A DNA stretch of 63,183 nt, filler included, from Hausera hauseri (lineage: Eukaryota), in NCBI GenBank assembly GCA_046269625.1. It is 11 parts of 11 records of this genome, joined end to end, with 100 filler letters (N's around TTAATTAATTAA, not from the genome) between each part and the next. Parts side by side here need not be neighbours in the genome. Positions count along the whole stretch, not along the records: positions 9,792 to 14,410 come from JBJURY010501797.1; positions 14,511 to 18,754 come from JBJURY010679440.1; positions 18,855 to 25,215 come from JBJURY010107542.1; 8 more parts are not named here. One strand, given 5' to 3'. Below are positions 12,801 to 25,315 of the stretch, in pieces. Below the pieces are notes generated by a model. It worked only from the letters and a program-made list of their open reading frames with translations. It did not search any database and had not been told where the DNA came from. A program made the position numbers and the translations under genes. Each line of letters opens with the position of its first letter. Position 1 is the first letter of the stretch.

Positions 12801-13110
12801 AAGTTCACGTTTTAAACTATAGAAAAGTAACTTAACCGATGAATCGATTATCAAAAGGATCATGATGGAGAACACCCATGAGGAATTGAGAAAAGTATTA
12901 CTATATTTAGCTATTAAAATAAACCCTAATCGAGAGAACGAAATCAATAGAGCCATAAGTCTAGCCCGAAAATCGGCAAGAAGATTGCACTGTGAAGTAA
13001 ATTGGTCAAGACTGTTTGACAAGGAAGAAGACAGAAGAAACAATAGTAAACTCGGCGATATATTACGGAATTTGACAACGGCGGATGTTGGGTGCCGGAA
13101 GAATGAATCA
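9818..13110 (+). pseudogene. Region X (about 1100 codons, coiled-coil-rich, partly deleted UBL, AT-hook)
   Basis: ORFs 9818-10420, 10726-11238, 11513-11710, 11779-12246, 12460-12822 and 12862-13332, mostly separated by single stops or frameshifts. KRPVGRPKK at 12577-12603. Confidence 0.7.
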
Positions 13111-14310
13111 AATTGGTTAATTAGCTTACTCATTTTGATGATGCTAATAAAGCATATAGGCGCCGTTACCGTATACGATTGCGATAGATTCAAATTAGGA
13201 CAGAAATATTCTTTGATGGATCTAGAAGCATGCAAGGATGCCAGGCCGCACAAGTTGGAAACAAGAGAGAAAAGTTATGTTTCGTATCAACAACAGGAAC
13301 TGATTTCTTTGGATGGGTGGAATGTATGTTGAGACGATCTGGTAGTATTTTCCACTGTGGACTAATGCACGGACATTCTTATATAATCAAACCAACTACT
13401 CTTCCGATACCAATGAACGTGGAGCGCCAGCACTGCAAGCAAGCTAAGGAGACCGGAAGATTGAAATGGGATAGTATGGAATTAGAAATGCAACCCGGAA
13501 AGATAATTAGAGCATATGAAGTAGTGGTAGGAAGGTTAGATATGCATAACGGACACTGTAGTAAAGCCGAATACGATACTGGTAAAGGATTAGAAGCAAA
13601 TATAGTAGTCTTGGATTTCTACGAATCGGAGATGCGATTACGGAAGGTAATGTTCCATAACGTCACTAAATTATACACTGAGAACCAAAAATGCCATTTA
13701 CAAGACGGAACCTGTGCTTTTAGAAGTTCTGTTATAATATGGGAACCTCCCTCTGGAAGAAGTTGTAACATTATTAAAATTAAAGAACTGAAGTTTAATG
13801 AAACTACTGGAAAACGATATGTGGTTAAATCGGATACCAACTCAAGGCCACGCGAAGACGTATCAGAACATCCTACGCCCACTATACTAATCTTGGATCA
13901 ACATGGATTGAAATTTATTAAAAAGGAGATGATCTCTCTTTGCGACGTAGTAATGTTTGCTACTAATTATGAAGCATTTGTCGTTGCAGAAACGGAAATA
14001 AGTGCAAAAACCTACAAACTAGAAACGCAGGATGTCAGAATTAAGAACTATCTGAAAAATAGAGATGATTACTTCTATTATAAGGGATAAGTCGGAATAA
14101 CGGAACTATATCACAAAATGATAGTGAATGACTGCAAATTAGACACCGAAATCATTAGAACTAAAATGGCTCTTATATATGCAAACCCAGAATTAACTTC
14201 TCCAATAATTCCTATGAGGGAATTTTCGGTCGGGTTACGGGCGAATTATTTCTAACATATGATTGCGAGAAGAGAGATGTACCCATCAACGTGGAAGAAA
14301 AACGTTGCTA
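13111..14310 (+). pseudogene. Chuvirus-like glycoprotein, N-terminal part
   Basis: NWLISLLILMMLIKHIGA/VTVYDCDRFKLGQKYSLMDLEAC, then IFHCGLMHGHS, CHLQDGTC, SCNIIK, YLKNRDDYFYYKG. Confidence 0.82.
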
Positions 14311-14510
14311 TTGTGATCGGCCGTCCAATTGATCTTAAAATTATCGGAAAAAAGTAAAATAAGATCAGGTTTAACCTGCATTTTTGGGCGCATGAAAATC
14401 GACTTGGATANNNNNNNNNNNNNNNNNNNNNNNNNNNNNNNNNNNNNNNNNNNNTTAATTAATTAANNNNNNNNNNNNNNNNNNNNNNNNNNNNNNNNNN
14501 NNNNNNNNNN

Positions 14511-17500
14511 TCATAATCGTAGACGGTAATACCACTTATATGCTTTATTAGCATCATCAAAGTAAGTAAGCTAATCAAACAATTAGATTCGCTTTTCCTG
14601 TTACTATTATCCGTCGTTTTCACATTATGTAGCATATTTTCGATTCTACTGCTATTTTCGGACCGTTTGTCTTCTTCCTTATCGAATAGTCTCAACCAAT
14701 TTACTTCGCAGGGTAGCTTTCATGCCACTCTTCGTGCTAAGCTGGTAGCTCTATTAATTTCATTCTCTCATTAATCCCGGACTCCCATGATTTGTCCTAC
14801 ACATTGTTCTGTCTTGGCCTCACGGGTAGCTTCTTATTTAGTCTGTTCATTGGCTGCTACTACCACGATACAATTTGTTTCGTCGGGGGTGATTCCGACA
14901 TCTATTAACTGTTCTAGATCGTCCAGTATCCTACCTCTGAAATAGAATCTATGGTTTAGTTCTTTCATTCCACCATTGTTTATCAACCATTCTCTTACAT
15001 CTCTCATGTAAAAATACGTGGTTAACTTACATTCTTTTTCATCCATCCACTGGAATGACATTTTTACTTCCATCGTTACTTCGGATCTAGCCCTCAAGGT
15101 CTTAGAGTATTTCCTTATTAAAAGTTTCGGCACCACGCTATAAATTGTGTTCTCACTAGATAATTTAGTCAAAGTCGGAATGAGTTGTCTTAATTTACTT
15201 TCGGCAATGTTTACATTAATGAGTTCAATTAAATCTCCTGTTTTGCAGACACGGTTCCAATTTATTTAACTGTACCGGAGTCACAAGATTCTCGGCTGTT
15301 ATTGCATCTAAATACGCGTCCCATTTCGGTCATTTCCAACGTCTGGAAGCCCATAGTCTGTCAACGTTGTGTTGAGTCTGCACACGTTTTCTCGGATTTC
15401 TTTTAATCTTTGTTGTATTTCTCTTATCTGCATAGTTCGAAAGCCTAATCCGTTTCCACGGGCATACTGAATCATTTTCAATAGTTCGCCTAATTTATTA
15501 AAATGGATGAGTCTCTTCTGATGATAATCAGTTAGTTCCATAATAATATCTTCTTGCCACCTTTGTACAAATTCACACTTATTTTTGATTTTGGACTCGG
15601 TAAAAGCATATTTGTTTCTATAAATTTAGAGCGCTTTGGTTAATTCGTCTAACCTTGTTGCTCTTTGTTTGGTTCTAATGCACTTCTCTTTGGCCCATCG
15701 TATTTGAGGCATCAGTTGTCTCATCTTCTCATTACTAATTTCTGTCATTTCTACTGAGATAAAAGCTAACTCGTACATCTCATTAATGATTTTGAGTCGG
15801 GGTCTATCGCATTGAGAAATTTCTTTACGAACTTAACTTCTTCAAAACTAAGATGAGGGTCGTATCTTATTTTTGTCAACTCGGTATGACAGTTCGGATC
15901 TGTTCCGGCCATACATTCTTGCGGTTTATGTATGAATCTCATTGCTTCTTCTATAACCGTTTTATGTTTTGGACAAATATCTAAAGTTGCGATGTCCGCG
16001 ATGGAAATTTCGTCGGTAGATTAACTATTAACTGTTGGATTCCCTCTAGGCGAACGTTCCTCAATCTTTGATAAAAATTTCAAGTCATATTCCGCTTTTC
16101 TGTGAAGCTTTTTTCTTCGATCACCTTATATATCTCCTCGAATATCACCACTTCTTGCTTCTTCATAAAATTTAATTATCCTAATGCTTAGAACTGAGTC
16201 AGGATATCTATTTTCGCTTGAATTGTATCTAAGTTATGTGCAATTTCTTCTAATTGTTTCTTTATAGAAGGCTCACTTTCTGAAAATTCTCTCTTACCGT
16301 ATTCCACTAATTTACTTAATCTCGCAACTAATTCTGACCAGTCATGCAGTTGATTCGCCATTACAGGTTTTGCCAATATGGCCTGTCTAGCATTTTATAA
16401 GCATCATTTAATTCATCATCTGGATCTTTCATGAAACTCATAATCCGGGTGATATAACTGAACTCATACTTATACTCGTCGAATTCTGTGATACAAGCTT
16501 TTATTACATATTTGGTTTCTTCGTTATTCATAAAAATAATTCGATTTCTCAAGCTACCAATTTGTGATCTCTTTTCTTTCTCCATTTTAATACGATCCTC
16601 TAAATTCGTATATTGCCTAGGCACAGCGAAGCAATTTTTATCATTTTCATAAAAGAGTAATGTCTACTGGGTCTATATCCAGTATTTCCAAATCGATATC
16701 ACTTCGATTGCTAACCGGTTTTTCTCTAAATCGATTAATCATTGCACATCGAATTTCATCCATCATGCATTCTAAATTACGGACTACTCTCTTTATTTTG
16801 GGATTAGTTTCTAGTTTAAATAATAACGTTTGAGCCTCGGCTACTTTCACATCAACAGTATCTTCGCTTTTACTCCACCCTTCCGAGAATTCGACTCCAA
16901 TTTTAATCCATGTTTCTAATTCACGTTTCCATTTTGTTAACGTTCCGGCTGGTACCTATTCAGGTTGTTCTAAGTCGATTGTTTCATAGAGCTTTCCTTC
17001 ACTGTATAATTTTAAACTTTTATATAATCTCTCAGCAAATTTTTGTTCTTTACCGGATATATCTACTTGTTCGCTAATCTCCATAAGTCTTTCTAAATTC
17101 CGCTGTAATGTTCATTTTCTTTAATTCATTGGTGTTTTGCCATGAACGTCGGATTTTCCATTTTTTGGATCAAAATCATCAATATTTCCCGTTTCTTCTT
17201 TACTAGTGGGAAGTGGGCAGACCTTGTTAATATCGTTAACCGACTCTGCAGATTCTTTTATCTCAGTATGTGTAAATTGACCTATTTCTGGTGTATTTAA
17301 GCTAGGCTCTACGTCGCTCTCTACACCGATGTTCGTATCTTTGGTTTCTTTTATTTTCTTTTTATTTATTTGCATTTGTAAACCACTTCTACGTTTCGTT
17401 TTCAATGGAGGGCTACGGCCCCTGTTTCTCGTGATTTTAAGTATTAATGGTTCCATAAATTCCTTTTCTGCTACCTCATCTTCAGTAATCTTGTCTACTT

Positions 17501-17740
17501 TTCCTATCGTGAACTCAGGCTCTGCATCTAAGTCGACTTCTATCGAAGTTCATGGTTTATCTGCTGTTCTATTAGTCGTCGGAACACTCTTTTTCCGTGT
17601 CATATCGATTCGCTTGGATGCTATCGCATACTCATATTCAGTTTTTGGTTCTGCTAAATCATGATACTCTTCTAATAACCTTAATCTATCTGCGTATTTT
17701 TAGACATCAAAATTTGTGGGTTAGTACTCTCAGGCTGAGC
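14511..17740 (-). pseudogene. Region X plus glycoprotein signal peptide, with a deletion of roughly 450 bp near 14772
   Basis: Homologous to 9818-13180. UBL-like segment in ORF 14834-15172. MGVRD joins directly to ENEINRA, unlike G2. Confidence 0.7.
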
Positions 17741-17752
17741 GTCTAGAAATTT

Positions 17753-18660
17753 TCACAAATTTTGTATGTCGATAATAGTACTTGTGTCTTCATGATCACC
17801 ATACTTTACTTCCAAGATTTCCTTCACTTTAATCATAGTAGTCTTATTAGGCTCTGTAAATGAAACGCTGAACGGATTCGGACATAACCGTGCAATGCTT
17901 TCTTCTCTACTGCAGGCAAAACGAACACAATTTCCATTTCTGCCGACTCTTTGCCGACCGTCTTCATTCACAGGTGATTTGGACCTATTTGTGCTTCTAT
18001 TGTCCTGGTTCGACAACCCTTGCGTAATATCTACATTTCGACTATCCTCGTAACGATTTCGATAGTTCAAACCTTTATAACTATTTGGATTCGACTTATT
18101 CGTATTTTGATTGCTGGCGTAATTATTATTTCGGCTATTCCTGTAGTCGTTATTATTATTCCTATTCTCATAATTTCTATATCCATTAAATCGTCTATCA
18201 TCCCTTCCGCGATTATCATTTCGATTCTAATCGCCATGATCGTCGCGATTATTATTTCTATTATTTCTATCATTGTATCTGGTATACTTATCGAGTGCCA
18301 TTTCTAAGTCTTTGGCCAAAAGCAGAGTTTTCTCGAAATTCTCAGGTCTGGCCAAAATCAATTCTTTAACTAAATCTCGGGACCAAATGCCATTAATTAA
18401 TTGATTCGTAATCATGACATCTAGATCTGGCGGGGTTGCCTTCTCCGCAGCATCACGCTCTGCATCTGATTTAGCTTTTGCTACATTAGCTATCCTCAAG
18501 GTGCTTACATAACTAATAGTGAGTTTCCTTAATGCAAATGCAAACTGGGTTACGAATTTCCCCTTCTGTTGCACCCTATTCAGAAATGTTATAAGTTTCT
18601 GTTGTGGCGTTGCAGTTGGCAATAATTTATGGTTCAATGCTCCTACCAAGGCGGACCAAG
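17753..18660 (-). pseudogene. gag: Gypsy Gag (capsid region, Arg/Asn-rich linker, degenerate CCHC knuckle)
   Basis: TWSALVGALNHKLLP..RVQQKGKFVTQFAFALRKL..NQLINGI..LILARPENFEKTLLLAKDLE, an R/N/D-rich tract, then RFACSREESIARLC (worn CX2CX4HX4C). Confidence 0.75.
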
Positions 18661-18854
18661 TGAGGAGGAATTCAGGAAGCCAATATAAAGTGAGGAAATT
18701 CATAAGAGGAGGAAAATAAGGTTCATTTACTGATTGAATTGAGTGAAATGTTATNNNNNNNNNNNNNNNNNNNNNNNNNNNNNNNNNNNNNNNNNNNNTT
18801 AATTAATTAANNNNNNNNNNNNNNNNNNNNNNNNNNNNNNNNNNNNNNNNNNNN

Positions 18855-20130
18855 ATGACAACGTTGTTCATTTAGTCAATTTTTCCGTTTTAACGGTAGT
18901 CATAATCTCATCCTTCGTTTTCTCGTTGGTTAATGGCTTTGTCAATACAATATCATTTAACGTTCGTACCGTAAACGTTCTACTTTGTTTGTTCTTGGCG
19001 TTCATCTGTATTATGTAGTCTGTTTTGGGTTTTAAACCAATACATTTGAATCGATGACTGCCTTTAACCAATATTAATTTCTGATTATCGCATAATGTTC
19101 AGCAGCTTATTTCTAGGTCGTAGTTAAGTGTTTCCTCCACAATGAAGGTTATTTCGCACTGTTGTGCCTAATATTTTAATGGAATTGTTTCTAGCTCCTT
19201 TTGAGGTACTCCCTTTGTTTTTATGAATTTGGTGAAAGTTGAAATAGTTTTATTCATTTTCGCAGTCGTAATTTTGTTGGTTGTTGTTTCAAATGGAATT
19301 CCTAACATCTGATTTTCCAATTGATAAATTCCTAAGAAAATACTTGACTGGCTTGGTCGCACTTCATATAAGTCTAATCGAATTCTATATTTGTGTCCCT
19401 GAGTAACTTGCAACAGTTATTCGGTCATTCAGTGTCGATTTGACAGTATTGCTGGTTATAAACTGCTTTGTCTTCTTTCAGGAATTGAACCGTTATTACT
19501 CGTCCTTTAATCAACCGTCCCTTTGTATTTATTTGGATAAAATTATCTTTTAGATTTTCCATTATACTCGCTACGTTTTCTTCTAACATCCGTTTCAATG
19601 GATCGATAGAATGGAGCATATCTTCTAACTCTATACTGAGGTAATCTCCATACGTTTGTGGTATAACTAAGTGTGAATTCAGATTTAATTCAGAGCGTAC
19701 TTCATTACATTTCGGTAAATATGCACGATAGATGAGTGCGTAGGAATTTCAATATTTTACACTGCAACAAACTGTATCGTCTTCTGGTTCGAATTCGCAA
19801 TCAGACTCGGCTCGGCTTAATAGGTCATGAAATAGTATTTGAATTTGCCCTTCATATAGTCCTGGTAACCTAAATCCAACAAATGGGATTTCTGGCGAAA
19901 AATAATCTAATTTTATTGCTCGTAAAAATTTCTCGTCCTTTTTTTCAGTTTTATGTTGGGGAGTTCCCTCCTTTTGTGACGGTGGTTTCAATCCGGCTTT
20001 CCTGATTCCATATATATCGCTCAACGAATTTTCATCTACCCACCATTGGGCGTTAGACTTAGGCGTTAAGGTGGCAATCAACGATAAAGCTACTATTATT
20101 TGTGCATAAGATACTGGTCTAGCAATAATC
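18855..20130 (-). pseudogene. Post-integrase secreted or membrane module with FN3-like domain
   Basis: ORF 19749-20306 runs from the integrase tail in frame into PVSYAQIIVALSLIATLTPKSNA. FKCIGLKPKTDYIIQM (L-x-P-x-T-x-Y) near 19000-19050. Confidence 0.65.
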
Positions 20131-20139
20131 GACAATGTC

Positions 20140-23100
20140 TTGTTTTCGCGAGGTCTTAGGTTGTATGGTTTAGCTGGTATTATATCGGTTTTGACCACTC
20201 TTTGGATTGATACGACTTCTTCCTTTCCATTTTTATTAACATACACTGTGGTCGGCGTTGTGCGGATGATTTCATATGGTTCTCTTCCGGTACGTGTCAA
20301 TTTCAAAGATGCACCTTTCTTTGCGACTGGGTAATGTATATAAACCCAATTACCTTTTTCTAGATCATGAGGTTTAGTCTTTTTGTCATATTGTTTTTTA
20401 AATTGTTCTTGTTATTCTAGTGATAATGTTTTTGCCACTTCCCAACACTTTAGCAATCTTGTCTGTAAGACTTCGGCAAAGTTCTGCTCTAAATCCTCGA
20501 AATTCTTTTCGTACGGTGTCATGCCTAAATCTGTGGGTAAGATGGCCTCTCGTTCATACATCATAAAGAAAGGTGTAAATCCTGTTGCTGGAAGTTGAGT
20601 TGTATTAATTGCAAACTGCGTTCCTTCTAGGAATGCATCCGAATCCTTTCGGTCTTTTGCCAGTACTGTTGGTAGTATGCGAATGACTGTCGTGTTCATT
20701 CGTTCGACCATCCCATTACACTGTGGGTGGTATGCGGTAGTAGTTAAACGTTCAATTTCGAATATCTTGATAATTTTTTCGAATAATTTGCTTGTGAAGT
20801 TCCTGCCTCTATCCGTTAAACTTTGTTCTGGTGGTCAGTATCTGCAGATAATTTTTCTTACTACTGCGTCGGCTAATGTTTCCGCTTTTTGATCCAATAG
20901 TGCCACCAATTCGACAAAATGCGTCAATCGATCCACGCATGTTAGAATGTATCTGTTGTTTTTATGAGTTTTAGGTAAAGGTCCTACTATATCCATAGAC
21001 ATAGCTTGCATGAGCCTATCTGGTACGTTTATGAGTTTTAATTCTGCTACGTAGCCTTTCGTTTTCTTTTGTTTTGTAACGCAAACTTTGCACGTTCCTA
21101 CCCAATTCTTTATATCGATATAGACACTTGGTCAGAAATATTTGTTTAATATCCTTTCCAATGTCTTCTTCCAAGACATATGTTCGGCTAAGTATGAATC
21201 GTGTTCTGCCATGAGTACTTCGATGCGCAATCCTTTTGGAATAACTATCAGTCTTTTTCTTTTCACTCGTAATATACTATATTATCTTAATTTGATGCAT
21301 TATATTTAATTCCGTGTTTCTGTAGATTTTTTTTCAGTTGTTGTCCTTTGGACATTTTGTTGTTTTGTACGAACTGGATAATTTGCTGAATAACCGTGTC
21401 TTTAGCCTGCTCGGCAGTAATTCTAATCGTCTTCCCCGATATTAGAGTTCTTTGTCGTTCAATTAACTGTTAAAGTTGTGGCTTTTTCATTATGGTGATA
21501 GCACTAGTTTTTTTCTTTAACCTTGACAGTGCGTCAGTGTCGACGCGTTTATTACCCGGTTTATATTGGAATTCAATGTTATATCGCGAGATTTCCTCAA
21601 TCCAACTGTTTAATCTACATGTTGCGTTATTAGCTCGTCCTTTCAATGTTGTAACTGCTTTTTGATCAGTTATTGTAATAATCTTTTGTCCATAGACAGA
21701 CATTAAAATATCCTAGGGCTTTTTTACGGCTAACGTTTCTAATTCGGTAACCGAATAATTCTTTTCTTCTTTCTTTAGTGAGCGTCCTCCATATGCTATT
21801 GCATGTTTTAATTCTTCATCTTCTTGTTTCTGAGCTAATTCGTATCCTATGCCTTCTTTACTTGCATCTGTTTTAATGATGAATAGTAGGTTAAAATCTG
21901 GGTATCTTAAAACTGGTTCACTTGGCAAAACTTTCTTCATTTTGTCGAATGCTTTTTGTTCCACTTCTATCCATCTCCACTTAGTTCCTTTTTTGAGTAG
22001 GCAATATAGTGATGCCTTAATTTTTGAAATGTCTGGTACGTAAGTGGCATAGTACCCACATAGGCTTAATCAATGTCTTAATTCTTTTTGGTTCTGCGGT
22101 TCCATGCAATCGGATATTTTATTTAGTAGAGATTTGTCCGGTTTTGATCCTCCTTCTCCTGCTATGTGTCCGAGGTACGATACTGCATTTTGTGCCCATT
22201 TGCATTTCTTTGGACTCAGTTTCAGCCCTGCTTGTTCTAGCCGCATAAGTGTATCCTCAGTGTCCTTTAAGTGTTCTTCCTCCGTTCTTGATGCTATTAT
22301 CACGTCGTCTAAGTACGCGAATTCATGATCGAGTCCCATGAGCATCTTATTCATCATTCTAATAAAAATAGCTGGTCCTGTGGTGAAGCCGAAAGGCATA
22401 ACATTAAATTCGTATACGCCATCGTGTGTTTTGAACGCTATCTTATATCAATCTTCTTCTTCGATTTCCACTTGCCAGTATCCCGATTGTAAATCAAGAG
22501 TGGTGAACCATTTTGCTCCCGATAGTATGTCAAAGCTTCCTTTACTGACGGTAGGGGGAACGAGTCCTTTATAATCAGTGTGTTTAATGCGCGATAATCT
22601 ATACAAAACCAATGCTTCGTGGTTTCTTTCTTCTTAACCGTAAGTATAGGTACGTACCACGATCGATAACTTGGTCGAATTATGTAGGCATTTAACATTC
22701 ACTCTACTTCTTTAGTTATCTCCAGTCTAAATGAGTGAGGAGGCGGACACCACTTGGGCATTTTCTGTTCTTCTAGGTCGATTTCGTCATTTGATTGAGG
22801 TTTCTTCCTCAATGGAATTGTTAATCTTAGAGCCTTTGCTCTACCTATGTCCTCTTCATCTTGCGTTATTATCGAACGGAATTTACACAATAATTCGTAG
22901 AATTTGCAATACACTTAAGGAGAGAATTTAGTTTCAACATGAGGTGGAAATTCGGCACACTTGTATAGTTTCTCCTCTATTGTCACTGCCTATAATCTAC
23001 AAGTGTGGCCTAAAATAGTGTTAGCGTGTAATCTTACGGGGATTGGTGCATTGTTTATTAATCTAATAGGAATTCGTCCCGTCACTATTCTACATAAAAT

Positions 23101-23899
23101 AATGCTAAACATAAGATTTGTACCGATATTCTCTTGAGGCTCGAAATATACTGGCAGATCCTCGTCCTGTTGAATCTGTGCGAAAATTATTATTTTGGTT
23201 CTAGGCGGAATGTCTTCATCTACCATAATCCATACTTCGCCCGATTTCCTTTCTTTTATTACCTTTGTCCCTTTTATTGGTTTGAGTTCAATTAATTTCC
23301 CGTTATGCACATCAATTGCCATACCCGGTATCTGTTTTAGTATATCACAACCTAGTACTACATCGTCTGTTAACTGGTCCATTATTGCAAATTCGTGTTG
23401 AAGTGCTTGGCCCATCATATGAACAGTAGGAGTCCATTTAATATTTCGGCTTCGATACTTGCCCAAATGCTCCTACACTACCTGGGTCCGACGATGCGGG
23501 TGGACATAGTTGGTCTCGCAATGTGGTCGGTATAGATTTATATTTTACAAATGATTTTTCTAATCCTGTGTCGACTAATGCATACACTTCCCAATCTTCG
23601 ATGTGTATTTTAGCGAAGGGTCTCCCTTTTGCTACTGTTCCGCAGCAATTTGACACTATCTTGGACCGTTTTATAGTAGAGACTCTGTGTCCGTTTATTG
23701 TTATTTCTGGCGATGACATGATATCTTGCCTTAATTGTCTTAATTCTCCATTCGAATACAAGTCGTTATTTGTTATTTCAGTAACGCGACTGTCAATAAG
23801 CGGTTCCTGGGGTAATGAACTTGAAATTAAACACAGTTTTGGGTTCTCCCAGATCGCTGATTTTATTCTATGTGACGCGGTATGTTTTTTTGAGTACAA
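20140..23899 (-). pseudogene. pol: Ty3/Gypsy pol, disrupted
   Basis: EVYALVDTG, FCIDYRALN, MPFGFTTGPAIF..YLDD, TDASKEGIG..NYSVTELETLAV, YHPQCNGMVERMN. Confidence 0.93.
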
Positions 23900-23940
23900 T
23901 ATTCCGTGGTCGTTTTCGTTTGGCCCTTAGTGAATAACAT

Positions 23941-25215
23941 TCATTTACCGTAGTACTCATATTGCTTTGTCTTCTCATAAGGATCCTCATTATTAATAGG
24001 CTTTCGATAGATTTCTGACCTACATGATACGATTGATTTTCGGTCACAGTCTTCATATATTGGTGCTGTAGGCTGCATAATAGGTAATGGCGCATTAATC
24101 ACTGAATACATCTTGTGCATATTCATTCTGGAATTCACTTCGCCTCCCTTTGGCTTGTCATCGTCCAAATCATCTTTCCGTTTTACTGTCTTATTCTTAC
24201 GTCTGTATAAAATCGTGGGTATTCCTCGTCGTTCTCGGTTATAGCATTTAACATGACGTTCTACGTCGTTTTTCCAACGGGTTTCTTTATAGGCCTTAAC
24301 CATCTTCCCAAAGGGTGTGATAATTGCAGTCAAAATTTTGCAACAGAATCCTGTTAACGTGAATATTTCATATCCGTTGATGATGGCTTGGATTACTGCT
24401 TCAATTAGCTGGACTAAAAAGTAGATAGCTAAGAATTCAGATGCGGCTTGTCCGAAAATCAGGAATCTTCCCCAAATCTTGTACATTATTTCTGAAGTTA
24501 CTCTTTGATAGTGATTGGCGCCGAGCAATGACTCCCATTTCGCTTGAAAGCTGGTGTCATCCATGACCATTGACATGGCTCGATTCAGTTCATAAGTTCG
24601 TTGTCGTGGAAACGCTAAAAATTGCCTAAAAGCTTCTATGTCTTTTGGATTGTAAATTTCTTTATTAGCTGTATCTTCGAATTTATCTTCCTATAATCCT
24701 TTGACTAGATTTGTTCCCGTTAGCTTTCTAGGAGCTGTGGCCGTACTTTCATTTGGTAAAATTATTTAGTCATTTCCATTACGTCTAAACATAGGTTCGC
24801 CTAAGCTTGTTTTGCATTTCTTTAGTATTGTTTGTCCCGTCGATACTCTGGTAAGTGGAATCGCTAATCTCGGCATATTCTGATAGATGACCGGTAATTC
24901 CTGAATGCTTCTTTTTTCTTCTACGTTGATCGGTACGTCTCTTTTTTCGCATTCTTATGTCAATAGGACTTCTCCAGTAACTCGCCCTAAAACACCGTTT
25001 TTCATTGGAGTAATTGGTGATGCCAGTTTTGGGTTGGCGTAAATTAAAGCCAATTTGGTTCTCATGACTTCAGTATCTAATCTGCAGTCATTTGTTATCA
25101 TTTTGTGATACAGCTCTGGTATTCCGATTTGTCCTTTGTAATAGAAATAATCGTCTCGATTTTTGAGATAATCCTCGATCCGTATGTCTTGCGTTTTCAA
25201 ATCATACGTTTTCAT
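23941..25215 (-). pseudogene. Chuvirus-like glycoprotein, C-terminal half with PTAP tail
   Basis: YLKNRDDYFYYKG, WGRFLIFGQAASEFLAIY..INGYEIF, QPTAPIYE. Confidence 0.82.
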
Positions 25216-25315
25216 NNNNNNNNNNNNNNNNNNNNNNNNNNNNNNNNNNNNNNNNNNNNTTAATTAATTAANNNNNNNNNNNNNNNNNNNNNNNNNNNNN
25301 NNNNNNNNNNNNNNN

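Larger units (their letters stand above)
9792..14310 (+). mobile_element. Same large Gypsy family, copy G2: region X plus N-terminal two-thirds of the glycoprotein
   Basis: Colinear with G1 and G3. ORF 12862-13332 runs from region X straight into the glycoprotein signal peptide and YDC motif. Confidence 0.88.
14511..18660 (-). mobile_element. Same large Gypsy family, copy G3: gag - region X - glycoprotein signal peptide
   Basis: Gag precedes MTRKKSVP/MEPLILKI sequence shared with G2. Ends in LISLLTLMMLIKHISGITVYDY. Confidence 0.88.
18855..25215 (-). mobile_element. Same large Gypsy family, copy G4: glycoprotein C-half - pol - post-integrase module
   Basis: Colinear with G1 through GP, PR, RT (YLDDVII), RNase H (TDASKEGIG), IN and the downstream module. 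Confidence 0.92.

Noticed and set aside
18020-18307. Ile-rich hydrophobic ORFs resembling membrane proteins
   Set aside because: They are antisense or off-frame readings of the Arg/Asn-rich Gag linker.
9600-18854. Apparent head-to-head and inverted arrangement of element copies G1, G2 and G3
   Set aside because: Each copy sits on its own contig between artificial spacers, so relative order and orientation carry no information.
1-25215. Alternative genetic code or stop readthrough explaining the broken ORFs
   Set aside because: All three stop codons and many frameshifts occur at different positions in different copies, which fits neutral decay.
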